From assembly GCA_965112735.1 (NCBI GenBank), contig OZ218959.1, positions 1,798,001-1,862,000 on the forward strand: a stretch of DNA of 64,000 bases, read 5' to 3'. The notes under the pieces are model-generated. The model did not search any database. It was not told the DNA's origin and was given only the letters and a program-made list of their open reading frames with translations. The DNA comes from Phaeosaccion multiseriatum. Its lineage: Eukaryota > Protista > Ochrophyta, other classes. This document shows positions 40,781 to 52,819 of the stretch, piece by piece. A program made the position numbers and the translations under genes. Each line of letters opens with the position of its first letter. Positions within the stretch are counted from its first letter, which is position 1.

Positions 40781-41784
40781 GAGGAGAGGAATGCTGTGCC
40801 CGCCAGCTGTGAATCTGTTGCCATCTGGCCTGAGTTTCTACTCGAAAGTCAAGGATAGGAAACGAGGAGGGGTACGGTAGAGGATGGGAGGGCCTGATCT
40901 CGATTGGCCTTGAGCAAAGGCGAGCAAACATGGGCTGGCCGAGCGCCACTCCAAGAGATAGGCTGGCCGAGCGCCACTCCAAGAGGACGATTGATTGTGA
41001 GAGTTGAGGGCTGTCTCGCGGGTGAGGTGACTTTGCTGCTTGCTTCTGCCGCAGCTGTTGCTGCTTGCTTCTGCAGGCTCGCCTAGGGCTTTATTGCCAG
41101 CCTCGGACTCCTGCCGCGAGCCTTGTCAAGATGTGAGTCGCGCAGCAGGGAGGGAGGTAGCGATGGCAGGGAATGGCAGAGAGCATGGAACGGGCGGAAG
41201 ATAAGGGACCTTGACGCGACTGATCCGTTGTCGGAGAGGAATGGAGATAGGGCAAAGTCCGTCTCCTCTCCTCTCCTCGGGTCTCGCTCACTTCCCCTTC
41301 CACCTTACGCATCTGCCCTGTCTTGTTCTGACGGACATCCTGGGCAGAGCCATGGCAAGCAAGCACACACGCACACACACACGCACGCACGCACGCACGC
41401 ACGCATGGGCGAGCACACGGGGCAGAGTACCGCATCCCTGGCGGGGTGGGCGAGCGCGAGAGAACGTCAAAGCAAAGCTGAGGTTCCAGCGAAGCTCAGC
41501 GAAGCTGTCATTTTCATCTACTGGGTTCGTCCCTTGGACGGAGGAGTAGCAGGGGGATAGACCAAAAGGGGTAGGAACAGAAGGTTATCGCTCCCTCCGT
41601 CTGGCAATGAGGCTCGAAAGTGATAGGGGCGTAAGCGTCATCTGTCTCTCCCTCCCTCAAGGGCGGGAACGGGGCTGGAAGTGGTAAGTGGTAAAGCCTA
41701 CAAGGCATCGTATCGCTCCCTCGCTCGGTCCGCCGTGCATGAGTGGCGTCAGCGCAGCCCCAGCGTATCAGCAGCCAGAAGGGG

Positions 41785-41931
41785 ACCAACCTGGAGGGTA
41801 CCAGCCAGGAGGGTACAGTGTACCAGCCAGAAGGGTACCAGCCAGGAGGGTACAGTGTACCAGCCAGAAGGGTACCAGCCAGGAGGGTACCAGCCAGGAG
41901 GGTACCAGCCAGGAGGCTACCAGCTAGGAGG
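41785..41931. repeat. Minisatellite of 15-bp GGGTACCAGCCAGGA units with interspersed GGGTACAGTGTACC variants
   Basis: Directly visible tandem units in the interval between the convergent FucT and bZIP genes. Confidence 0.85.
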
Positions 41932-42398
41932 ACGCCTCGCACGGGAGAGGGGAGGGTGGCGTGTGTGGACTGTGTGTGGACTGTGGTTGGTCCGATAACC
42001 CTCCTGCACCCATGCCCTCCAACCGAACCAGCGCACAGTCAGTGATCGGGAAGGGAAGGGAAGGGAAGGGAAGGGAGGCGTGATGAGCTGAGGCCCTTTG
42101 AGCTACTCATTGGTATTGAGACTTGGAAGCAACACATTCATTCCTCCCTTGACCCTTCACCCATACTCAATCCCCGTGAACATATTTATACATATATACA
42201 TATGGGCACGACTCTTATCTGTCGCACTACCCCACGGCATACAATGAAGAGTATAAACATCCCCCTCGGCGGCTCCGACGTGCTCACTCCCAACGCTCGA
42301 TGGCCACACAGACCACCGGACCAGGCAATCAGTCGGTGCGGCATACCCACTCTAACCAAGGCACAGCGCACTCTAACACACCCCTCCTCCTCCTCCTC

Positions 42399-42445
<47 letters not shown>

Positions 42446-42499
42446 AGCGGACGGCGACTGGTGAGCTAAGCTGGTGGAGGGCATACAGAATCCCCTTCA

Positions 42500-43443
42500 T
42501 CACCCCTGTGGCAGCGGGAACGGGTCCATCAGTCGCAACACCATTCCCTCCTCATCTTCGCCATTGTCGTCGGGGTAGACACCCGCCCCCCAGGAGCCCA
42601 CTCCGTTAGTACCAGCAGTATCTCCCTTCTGGTGCTGTTGCTGTTGCTGCTGTCTTTGCTGCTGTCTTTGCTGCTGTCTTTGCTGCTGTTGCTGTCGCTG
42701 CTGCGGCTGCGTCTGCGTCTGCAAGAGTCCCCCATCCATCTTCTCCTTGTCCGTCAGCACTGGCCCCGAGGGGCGTCTCCTCGGCGCTACTGGACGACCC
42801 CGCGTCTCATTGCTCATCTTCACCCACTCCATCATCGTACATAACTCCTCCAGCGTCACATCCTCGTCCGGCCGAGCCAAAAAGCTACTCACTTCAAAGA
42901 GCCTTTCCGCTGAGGCTGGGCAGAGACTGTTGCTACTGCTGCTGCTCCTGCTCCTACCACCACTTGTACTGCTCCCCCTACTGCTACTCCTGCTGCGCCC
43001 CCCCCCCTCCTTCTGTCCCTTCCGCTCTTGTTTGGAGCCGTTGAGGAGGGCGTGACGCCGGTTCATCTCGTCCCTCTCGTGCTGCCCTTCATCGCCCCTC
43101 AGCAGCGCTGCCAAGTGTTCTTCTGCAGCGGCAGAGAGGAGTTCAGAGTTGCGCGAGGCCCAACCCAGAAATGCCACACCCTGTGTATGTATTGTGGTAT
43201 GTGTATGTGCGTGTACATATATATGTGTGTATGTATGTATGTGTGAGAGAGAGAAAGTGTGTGTGTATATATGTGTGTATGTATGTATGTGTGAGAGAGA
43301 GAAAGTGTGTGTGTATATATGTGTGTATGTATGTATGTGTGAGAGAGAGAAGGTGTGTGTGTATATATGTGTGTATGTATGTATGTGTGGGGCGGGGGGG
43401 GTGGGGGATGGGTGTGGGTGGGCATGTGGCCGAATCACGGGGA

Positions 43444-43517
<74 letters not shown>

Positions 43518-46500
43518 GTGTATTGTATCACCGAACAAAGCAACCCCCAACTACATGTACCACACCCATCAACACACATACACGCCCCCCCCCCCCCCCA
43601 CACACACACACACACACACCTGTGTAGGAGGCAGCTTGTCGACCACCGAGTGCAAGGCCGTGTGAGCCCACTCCATGCTCTGCCCAATCTCTGCCTGCAG
43701 GTCCGAGAGGAGGCCGAGCAGAGCCCCCGCCCTGTGCTGCTCCTCCACCATGCCCTCGTCCGCTCTGTGCGCCTTCTGAATGGTGCGGAGTCTCTCGTCT
43801 TGGTCGAGTGTGATAGCCACCTCCGCACACAGGCCGGCCCAGAAACCCTTGTGGACGCCTGTCGCAGCAGCCCCCGTTGCCGCCCCCTCACCGCCACTGC
43901 TCATTTCGCCGTCATCCTGATGATTGACTCCTTCGCTTCCTCCTCCTCCTCCTCCACCACCACCACCACTACCACCACCACCTCCCTCTCCGTCCTCCGC
44001 ACACGCCACACCTCCCTCGCCATCCTGCTTTGCTCTCTGCTGCTGCTGCTGCTGCTGCTGCTGGTGTTGTTTCCCCCTAGTGAAAAACTCATCCGGTTGC
44101 TGCACCAGCCACATGAGCAGCTGCGTAAAGAAGGGCAGCACCAGAAGGTCCAAGTTCTCAGCAAGGTAGTGGAAGACGTCTCTTCGCTCCGCACTGTTAG
44201 GCCCCCACAGCTCCAGGAGCTTGTTCAAGGCTGCACGGCCCACGTCGCCCCCCGGGTAGGCCGCTTGTTCCTTGGTCTTGGCATAGAGGGCCTTGATCCG
44301 TTGCACCTCCTGCACAGGGGAAGCGAAGGGACGGTGGTGGAAGGCGGTGGGTGTGGGGGTGGGACGGCAGTGGATGGCAGTGGATGGTAGTGGATGGTAG
44401 TGGATGGTAGTGGATGGTAGTGGATGGTGGTGCACGGCGGAGGAGAATGGTGTGTGACCAGCCACACAGAGGCAGAGAGCGCCCTCTCTTGCTTGTTCCC
44501 CTCCCTTGCCTTGCCGTCCACTGCCATCTTTCATCTTTCTATCCCTTTCCCTCATTCCCCGCTGCACACCGCACACCGCACACCAGCACACTGCCTGTCT
44601 CACCTCAGGATGCTGCTGAGCCATGGATGCCCCTTGCTCCTGGCCGAGAGCGGCACCAGCCTGCTGAGTACCCAGGATGTCCTTCTCCATAGTAGACAGC
44701 CAGAGAGCTTGATGCACGCTATGTGGTAGGGCAAGGATGGAGGAGGTTAAGGGGGGGGGGGGTCAGACTGTTGGTCAGACCAGAAGAGTCATTCACCTCC
44801 ATGCCTCGAGTACGTAGGAGAGATCAGCGCCCTTCCTTGATGGATGCTTGCTCTCCTCGCTCTCTCCTTCTCTCTCTCTCTCTGTCCCTCTCTCTGTGTG
44901 TTACTTTCAGCCCCCCCCCCTTACCCTGCTGACCCTCCTCTCCTACATAACACATTCTCCAAAAACCAGTCATGCTCAATCTCTGTGCTGTACGTGCTGC
45001 CTGCGTCTCTCTTGCAGCACACTCACCGGAAGGCCTTGTTCGATCTGTGGATGTGCTCCGCCCTCATCGTCTCGAGGCTCTCTGCCAGCTCGGCAACCCT
45101 CTCCTCAAGCAGTTCGATGTGCTGCCACCATACACACACACGACAGAGCGACCACAAGACGGGAGGGGGGAGAGTGGAGAGTGTTCGAACCGACACAACA
45201 CCGACACGACGAAAGACACGAGGAAGGAGAGACGACAAGGATAAAGGTAGACACAAGAAGAGAAGGAGGAAACAACATTAGAAAGGACGGCAGGGGGCCC
45301 ACGGACGACAGGAGAGACAATAACAATACACAGGTATATGGGCTGGGGTTACAGGAGGCGGCGGGACGGTGTGCAGGAGGAGACAGAAGAGAATCGGTGG
45401 AAACCAAAAGCTCCAAGCTCTAGCGAAAAGAGCAGGAATGGAACGAGGCCCTACTCCACGCATGCATGCATGGAGTGAAAGGAGGAATTGAGAATGAGAC
45501 CGACCCCTTGCCCTGAGTGGAGCGCCTCCTGACATACGTGTTTCATATAATACCTGCTTCTTCCGCTGCCTCGACTGCCGCGCCGACTCTCTGTTCCTAG
45601 CCAGGCGCCGCTGTCGGCGTTGATCCGTTCTGTCATCAGATGGCAAGTCGTCCGAACTCTTCTGCACGATATAGAGTACGTGCACCACAGAAGAAACAAG
45701 TACAATACGAAAGGAGAAGAGGACGGAGAAAAAAAGCGATGAGACGAGAGCAGGCTATAGACCGCAGGAGCGCAGGAGGGAGAGAAGAGGAGAGAAGACT
45801 CATTCACAGGCTTTGTGCCTCCCTTCCTCCCTCCCTCCCTCCTTCGTCCCTTCTTTCCTCCCTCACCCACCGCACCGTTGCTTTCTTCAGGCTGGAGACC
45901 ATCGGGGGTATGTGTGGCGAATTTACATCCATTTCAAAGTAGTCCAGCTGCTGTTGCTGCTGCTGCGGCGGCGGCGGCGGCGGCTGAAGTTGAGGCTGTC
46001 GCAGCTCCTCTCCAGCCGCTGCGCCTCCCATCTTGGCGTGGCCCATACGGACCGGGGCAGGATACTGAGCCATATGGGCATGGTGCAAGGGAAGGGGAAG
46101 CAGGAGGAGTAAGGCCTCAGGACTTGACTCTGCCGCGTTTGCGATACGCACGTCACAGCACCCAACCTCTAATCCCTCCCCTTCTCTTGGCTCACCTCCT
46201 CCGGGGAAAGCTCACGATCTACTAAAAGGGTTGTACATACATACATACATACATACATACATACATACATACATACATACATACATACATACATACATAC
46301 ATACATACAAACATACAAGCATGTACCTGCTGAGTAGTCGCCATCTGGGCCGCGTTCGGCAGAGCATCCTCGCCCAGTACCCTGGCACCAGACCAGCTAC
46401 TTGATCTACCTGATCTGCCATCGCGTGCGAGAGATGTGCTGAAAGAGCTGGCATGGTCCGAGAAACCGCTCCCACCACCGCCGCCACCACCGCCATTGCT

Positions 46501-47405
46501 CCTATCGCCAACAACACCTCCTACCACGCCGCTGGGCAGTGCTGCTGTTGCTGCTGGGGCTTCTGCTTCTGCTGCTGCCAGCCATGGGGCATCTGTGGGC
46601 GGAAAGGGCGAGGGAGATGTGCCAGGCCTGGACCGGGGGGGGTGAGAGTGGTGTGGTGTGGAAATGAGGACGAGGATATGGGGTGTAGGGGCGGAGAGGG
46701 GGAGGGGAGAGGGGGCAATATGCTATAAACATATATGAGCAGTGCCCGACGATGAGTGCGCAGGAAAGTGCACCACAACCACTACCGTCCCCCTGTACCA
46801 CCTCAGGTTTGGAAAGAGCGACAGATTGTGACCGTTTGCTCCACTTACCCCATGACAAACTGCCCGTAGAGGGCGTCTGACTGTGGCACCCCTGCTGCCA
46901 CTGGTAGCATAGGCTCAACCTCATTCAGTGTGGAAGCCAGCAAGAGATCCAGGTTTTCATCATCATTGGTCTGTGTTGTGGGAGGGAAGAAGTTGTTGAT
47001 CATTGTAGGAAGCCATCCGAATTTCTCTTGCTCATCCCCTCCCCCTCTCTTTCTCTGGATTGCCCACCCTTTCCCCTCCCTCTTCGCTTCTCTTTCATCC
47101 CCTTGTTCCCCTTGCTCCTCACCCGCCTCGCCCTCTCTTATCGAGAAGGAGAATGCCCTAAGCGGACCAAACTCCATCCCTGCGATACCCCTACTGCACC
47201 GCTCCCCCCCTGTCATCCCATGACTCACCTGTCCTTCATCTAGCCCCAAGCCGTCGAGGAGGTCACCATGGGTGGGAGAAAGGGAGGGAGAAATGGAAAC
47301 ACCACCATCAGGCGCTGCCCCTGGTTGCTTCGGTTGCTCCTGCTGCTGCTGCTGCTGCCGTCGCCGCTGCTGCTGCTGTCCGAAAGGCTCACCATGCTCC
47401 CACAT
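42500..47405 (-). CDS. bZIP transcription factor, multi-exon
   Basis: Basic region DQRRQRRLARNRESARQSRQRKKQ (about 45554-45625) is spliced to the zipper HIELLEERVAELAESLETMRAE. The N-terminus is Gln-rich and the C-terminal region helical. Start and some exon boundaries are approximate. Confidence 0.85.
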
Positions 47406-47914
47406 TACTTCCGTAAACCCATACGATAGCTGGATCCTTGTCCGGAAGCCCCTCAACGGCGCGGCTCCCGAACGGCGGCTCTAAAACAAGACAGCTCTAC
47501 CGAAGTTCTTTATGACATCATCGAAGACCCTCCCACCTCTATGTTCTCCACAGCCCTCCCTCTCTCCTTGATTGATCCCTCTTTTATAACAAAAGCAGGC
47601 AGGCAAGGAGCAAGAAGGGGGGGGGATCTGAAACGCAAATTTTTGCGTTGCCCCATTATGGAGTTGCCTGGAATTTGTGCAAATTGGGTTCCAAAAGAGG
47701 CCTTTCCAGAGGCTGTATATACAGGGCAATGCACTCAACCCTAAGAACGGAGACGCAAGACGATAGAAGAGGCAAGGGAGAGCGGAAAGCCGCTATCAAA
47801 CGGAGACGGAGAGATTAGCAAAGCATGGAGGACACACAGACAGCAACGTGTGACACATCGGGCGGGAAGGGCCTCCGCGGAAAGGCCCTCCACCGGACAG
47901 CCCACAGCGGACAC

Positions 47915-49246
47915 ATGGCGACGAGGCTGAGGAGCTCGCGGAGGAGCACGAAGACGGCGGCTCTCGTCTTTGGGGCTGCCGTGGCGGCCCTGTGTTTGCT
48001 CTTTTCCCCCTCCCTGTGAGTAAAAAACTGCTTGCACTTGTTTCTCCCCTCGTTACTCAAGCGTCACTCCGCGATGAACTTTCATCCATTCCGTCCCTCA
48101 TGGAAGGCATCCAAAGAATACACGGTTGGGTCTATAAAGCTGCCTTCCCTCCTGCCCACTCCCTCCGCCTTGTCCTTTTCCCTCCTCCCCCTCGTTCAAC
48201 TCACTCCCGGACCCCTTTTTTTCAAACCCCCCCCCCCCCCGTCTTTCCTCTTCCTTGTCTTTATCGTCCTGACCTGTGTGTGCCAGGCTGAGGGAGGATG
48301 CGGGGAAGAAGGGTCCGCAGCACCGCAGGCTGGCCGACCTGGTGGACAAGGAAGAGGTTAGCTGGGAGGAGCAAATGAAGTGGGACCTGGAGTCGCGATT
48401 CGAGCTCCAGGAGGACGGATCTATGCCGGCTCACGCGTCTGAGTACGCGGCCGATTACTTCTTCACTGGGGGGGGGGGCTGGGGGGCAGAGGAGGAGGAG
48501 TTGGGTAGCGATAGGAATAATAGTGATAACGTAGGAGAGGAGATGGTTGAGGAGAGGAGGAGGTCTCTTTTGGGTCGATTGTTTGGCGCGCCGGGAGCCA
48601 GTCAGTTACAAGAGAAGAGGAAAGCAGCGCGCATGCCCCGAGGGAAGCCCTTGCCGTCTGGGGAGGACAGGGGCCTCAAGGAGAAGCGGTCCAGGCAAGG
48701 GAGGGGCGTTCGGAAGGAGCCGGGGGGGGAGCATGCCGTGCTCTTCAACTTTAAGAAGGAGGTGGGTAAAGTGAAGTGCTGCAACTATAGTCGTAGTTGG
48801 GTGGGTGGGTGGGTGGCCGGGCCAACGAGCCTTCCATCCTGGTCCATCCTGGAGTGGGGCTGTTTGCGGCCCGAGCGCTCAGTACATGGTTTTATGAAGT
48901 CCCAATCCTGAGCTTGTCTCTAACACGACGACTAACGGACATGCCTTGTCAACACCGCTCCCAATCGACGGCAACTGCAGCTGCTCCTTTCCATGCGACC
49001 CTACCCTTGACTCTTTGACTCTGCCCGGCCCTCTCTCCCCGCCCCGTCTGTGCTCGTTGTCGCTGCCGCAGTCCGTCAACACCATCGACCTTGACGATGT
49101 CAAGCCTGGGCACATGTGGATACCCGTCAGTCTGGACAAGTTCGATGCCAGGACCAGAGACGAGGACATCCGGGTCAAGCTCTGCCAGGTATGTGGGCAG
49201 AGAGCGAAGAGTCAGAGTAAGAGAGAGAGAGAGAGAGAGAGAGAGT

Positions 49247-49278
<32 letters not shown>

Positions 49279-51759
49279 GTTAAGAGTCCGAGGGAGAGGG
49301 AGGGTGCGTGTAGTACGTAGTCCCCAAGTTGTCGTGAAGAGTGGGAGAGGAGGTAAGTGTCGCGGTCCTCTCCTCGCCCTCTTGGAGTGTGGGGCGGGGA
49401 CAACTCGACACTAGAGGGAGACTGTTGGACCCCCGTCCCTCCCTTCTCCCCTCCGTACCACCACCACCTAGTGACCCTAACATCGACAGCCCCTCTTCCC
49501 ACCCCCCTCACGCGTCCCTTAACGGTCTCCCTCTTCAGGTGGCATACGCGGACTATAGCGCCGCTCCTTGGACCATTCCCATGGGGGGCTTGCTAAATGC
49601 TCACTCAAAGTGCGAGGACATCAATGCCGACCACGTGAAGATCATCACCCTCGCCAATCTCATCAAGGTAGGGGAGGGAGGGAGAGAGGGAGAGAGGGAG
49701 CGAGCGAGCGAGGGAGGGAGAGAGGGTGTGGATGCAGCCGAGGTGGACCGCAAACACCCCCATCGTTCAAATTTGATGACTTACTCAACACCACATACCC
49801 CCCACTGGGAATGGATATCTCTCCTCTTTCTCCTCTCTGACAGGTGCTGGAGAACGATGACGTCACTCCAATCGAGCCCACGGGCTTCATCTTCCACGAG
49901 ACACGATGTGGCAGCACGTTAGTCGCCAACATGCTTGCGAGTGTGCCCAATCACCTCATGTGGTCGGAGAGCACGGGGCCTTGGAAGGTGAGGGAGGGAG
50001 GACAGAGGGAGGGGAGGGGGGGACGGAGACACACAGAGAGAGAAGAATAGGGAAGACATGGAGTGCTAACTTTCATTCCCACTTCTCCTTCTCTTCCGCC
50101 TCCGCCTCCGCCTCCGGGGGACGGAGACAGAGAGAGAGAATAGGGAAGACATGGAGTGCTTACTTTCATTCCCACTTCTCCTTCTCTTCCGCCTCCGCCT
50201 CCGCCTCCGGGGGACGGAGACAGAGAGAGAGAATAGGGAAGACATGGAGTGCTTACTTTCATTCCCGCTTCTCCTTCTCTTCCGCCTCCGCCTCCGCCTC
50301 CTCCGCCTCCTCTTCCGCCTCCGCCTCCTCCTCCTCCTCCTCCGTCTCCTCCTCCTCCTCCTCCCCCTGACCAGATCATGCACAGTTGCGCCAACTGCAG
50401 CGTGCGGCAACAAGCCGCGTACTTCAAGGTCGTGGCCGCTGTGATGGGCCGCAGCAAGGACCGAGAAAAACTCTTCTTCAAGTTCCAGAGCTCCGAGGAG
50501 ATTGATGTGGCCACGGAAGCTTTTCCAGACACGCCTTGGGTCTTCTTCTACAGAGACCCTGTGGAGGTGATTATGAGCCGGCTCGGAGCCCAGCGTATAG
50601 GCATGGAGGGGGGCGACACTGAAACCGTCGAACAGAGTCTCAGGTATGTGTAGAGGGTGTGTGCTGTGTGTGTGTGAGAGAGAGGGAGAGAGGGTGCCTG
50701 TGTATTGTGCAAGCATGTGTGGGAGAGAAGAGTCCGCAACAAAGACTTCCCTCCTCCTCTAGGTCCCTTAACACACACGCACACACACACACACACATAA
50801 CCCAAGCCACGGAACCCCTGACATGGCCTGACCTACGCCCCAAACCCTGACCATTGACTGACCGTTAATGGCCATTGAATGATCATGATTAGGGCGAGGC
50901 AGAGAGCCAAGGGCGCCGCCTCTCGCGAGAAGAAGGCGGCGACGATGCTTGCCAAGTACTGCCGCAAGGCCATCGATGCGGAGGCCAAGCGGCCGGGTAA
51001 CGGCATCATGGTCGAGTATACGCACCTGCCCAGCGTGGTGGTGGACTACATTCTGCCCAGGTGAGCATCGCGAGTTTTCAGTTTCAATATCCAAGGTCTA
51101 AGGTCCAGCTCACTCACTCTCTTTTTTCCCTTTGGGGTAAAAGGGCCCTTCACTATCCGCCCCATTCACCACCCACGTATCCACTCATTGGTCACCCATT
51201 AACGACCCATTCCCCACCCGTTATTTACCCACCTACGACCACCCTCATCGCCGAATAGGCACTTCGACGTGCAGCTGGACGAGGCCGAGCAAGACGCCGT
51301 TGAGTACGCCACCACCATGTATAGCAAGGCCAACGTCTCGCCGGCAAAGGCCGAGGCAGGGACAGCTGCTGCCCCCCCTGCTGCTGCTGCTGCTGCTGCC
51401 GCCGCCGCTGCTGCTGCTGGTGGCTCCCCGGGGACAGGGGATGGCGGCAAGGGCTTTTCCGACGACAAGGAGGTGAAGCACAAAGCGGTGCGTAAGAGAG
51501 AGAGAAACAGAATGGAGGTGGGGGGGCGGGGGGAGGAGGAAAGAGGAGAGAGGATTTGTTTGACAAGACAGGACAGCTCAAGTACCGTTGCCACCCACCC
51601 CCCCCTCTAACTCTCTCCCTCTCCCTCTCTGTTGCTCCGACCGACTGATATCCGCAGGCGAGCGAGGGGGTGAAGAGGGCAGCGAGGGATATCCTCGCAC
51701 CCCTGTACTACAAGCTCAAGTCCATGGAGTTTTGGCAGGACGACCTGACCCAGAGCTGA
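47915..51759 (+). CDS. Type II membrane (Golgi-type) PAPS-dependent sulfotransferase-fold protein
   Basis: N-terminal TM (ALVFGAAVAALCLLF), 5'-PSB-like GFIFHETRCGSTLVANML, 3'-PB-like FPDTPWVFFYRDPVEVIMS, and MVEYTHL. About 9 exons ending FWQDDLTQS*. Confidence 0.8.
50019..50300. repeat. Intronic tandem repeat, about 93-bp unit x3
   Basis: gggacggagacagagagagagaatagggaagacatggagtgcttactttcattcccacttctccttctcttccgcctcc is repeated three times. Confidence 0.88.
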
Positions 51760-52384
51760 GGCAGCACAGCTGAGGCACAGCTGGGCGAGAGCACAGCCTG
51801 TGCGTTGTACAAATGGAGCTTTGGCAAGGATGGCGCTGAGCGAGAGCAGCTGAGCTGAGCTGAGCTGAGCTGAGCTGCTGCATTGCGTGGACAGGGGACA
51901 AGAGACAAGGCACAGAACGTATTATTTTTAGGATCTGTGAGGCTGAAGGTGCTGAAGTCTTGATTAATTTTGATTGCTTAATTAACTTATGCTATCTCGT
52001 GTTGCTTCCTTACAAACAGGGGAGAGCCTTGGTGATAATTTACAAACCAGAGCCTCTTCTTCACTCTCGTGGAGAAATGTTTGTGGTCCTCCCTCTCTCC
52101 CTCCCTCCCTATTCTGACTTCCTACTTTATTGTATAAAAAAAGGTTCTATGTGTGTGTGTGAGTGCGTGCGTGCGTGCGCGTCGTGTGCCCCGGGTGGGG
52201 GCAACAGGGTTACATGTATCGGGTGGGAAAGAGGGGGGGGGGGGGGTGCGTGCGGGTTGGCGGGTTGGGGTACTTCAGTAGGACGTACCCCTCTGACCTC
52301 TATGCAAGACTGGAAGAGCCTTGCGTTTCAGGGCATTCACGACGCAATCCAAGCCAAACACACCCCCCTCCATCCTGTAGCCTC

Positions 52385-52680
52385 CCTCTTTTTCTTCTTC
52401 TTCGTACGCTTCCTCTTCCTCCTCCTCTTCTTCTCCTTCTTGTTGTTGTGGTTCTCCTCCTCCTCCTTCTTCTTCTTCTTCTTCTTCTTCTTCTTCTTCT
52501 TCTTCTTCTTCTTCCTCCTCTTCTCCTCCTTCTTCATCATCTTCTCTTTCTCTTTCTTCTTCTTCTTGTTCTTCATCATCATTATCTTCTTCTCTTTCTC
52601 CTTTCCCGGTCTTGTTGTTCTTCTTGTTCTTGTTCTACTTCTCCTTCATCATCTTTTCTCCTTCGTACTCTTCCCCTTCC
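52385..52680. repeat. (CTT)n / pyrimidine-rich low-complexity tract
   Basis: Long imperfect CTT/CTC trinucleotide run between convergent genes. Confidence 0.85.
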
Positions 52681-52819
52681 ATAATCTCAGTCTCTTTTCT
52701 TCTCCTGATCACGTCATTAGCGATTCAAGGGAGGGGGGCAACGAGATGCGTTAACTCCCCAACGGCGGCAGTGGTGCTGATGCTGGTGCTGATGCTGATG
52801 AATACGTCCGTTTGGGGCT

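Noticed and set aside
51960-52754. 264-aa Phe-rich 'membrane protein' ORF
   Set aside because: Translation of a (CTT)n tract between convergent genes.
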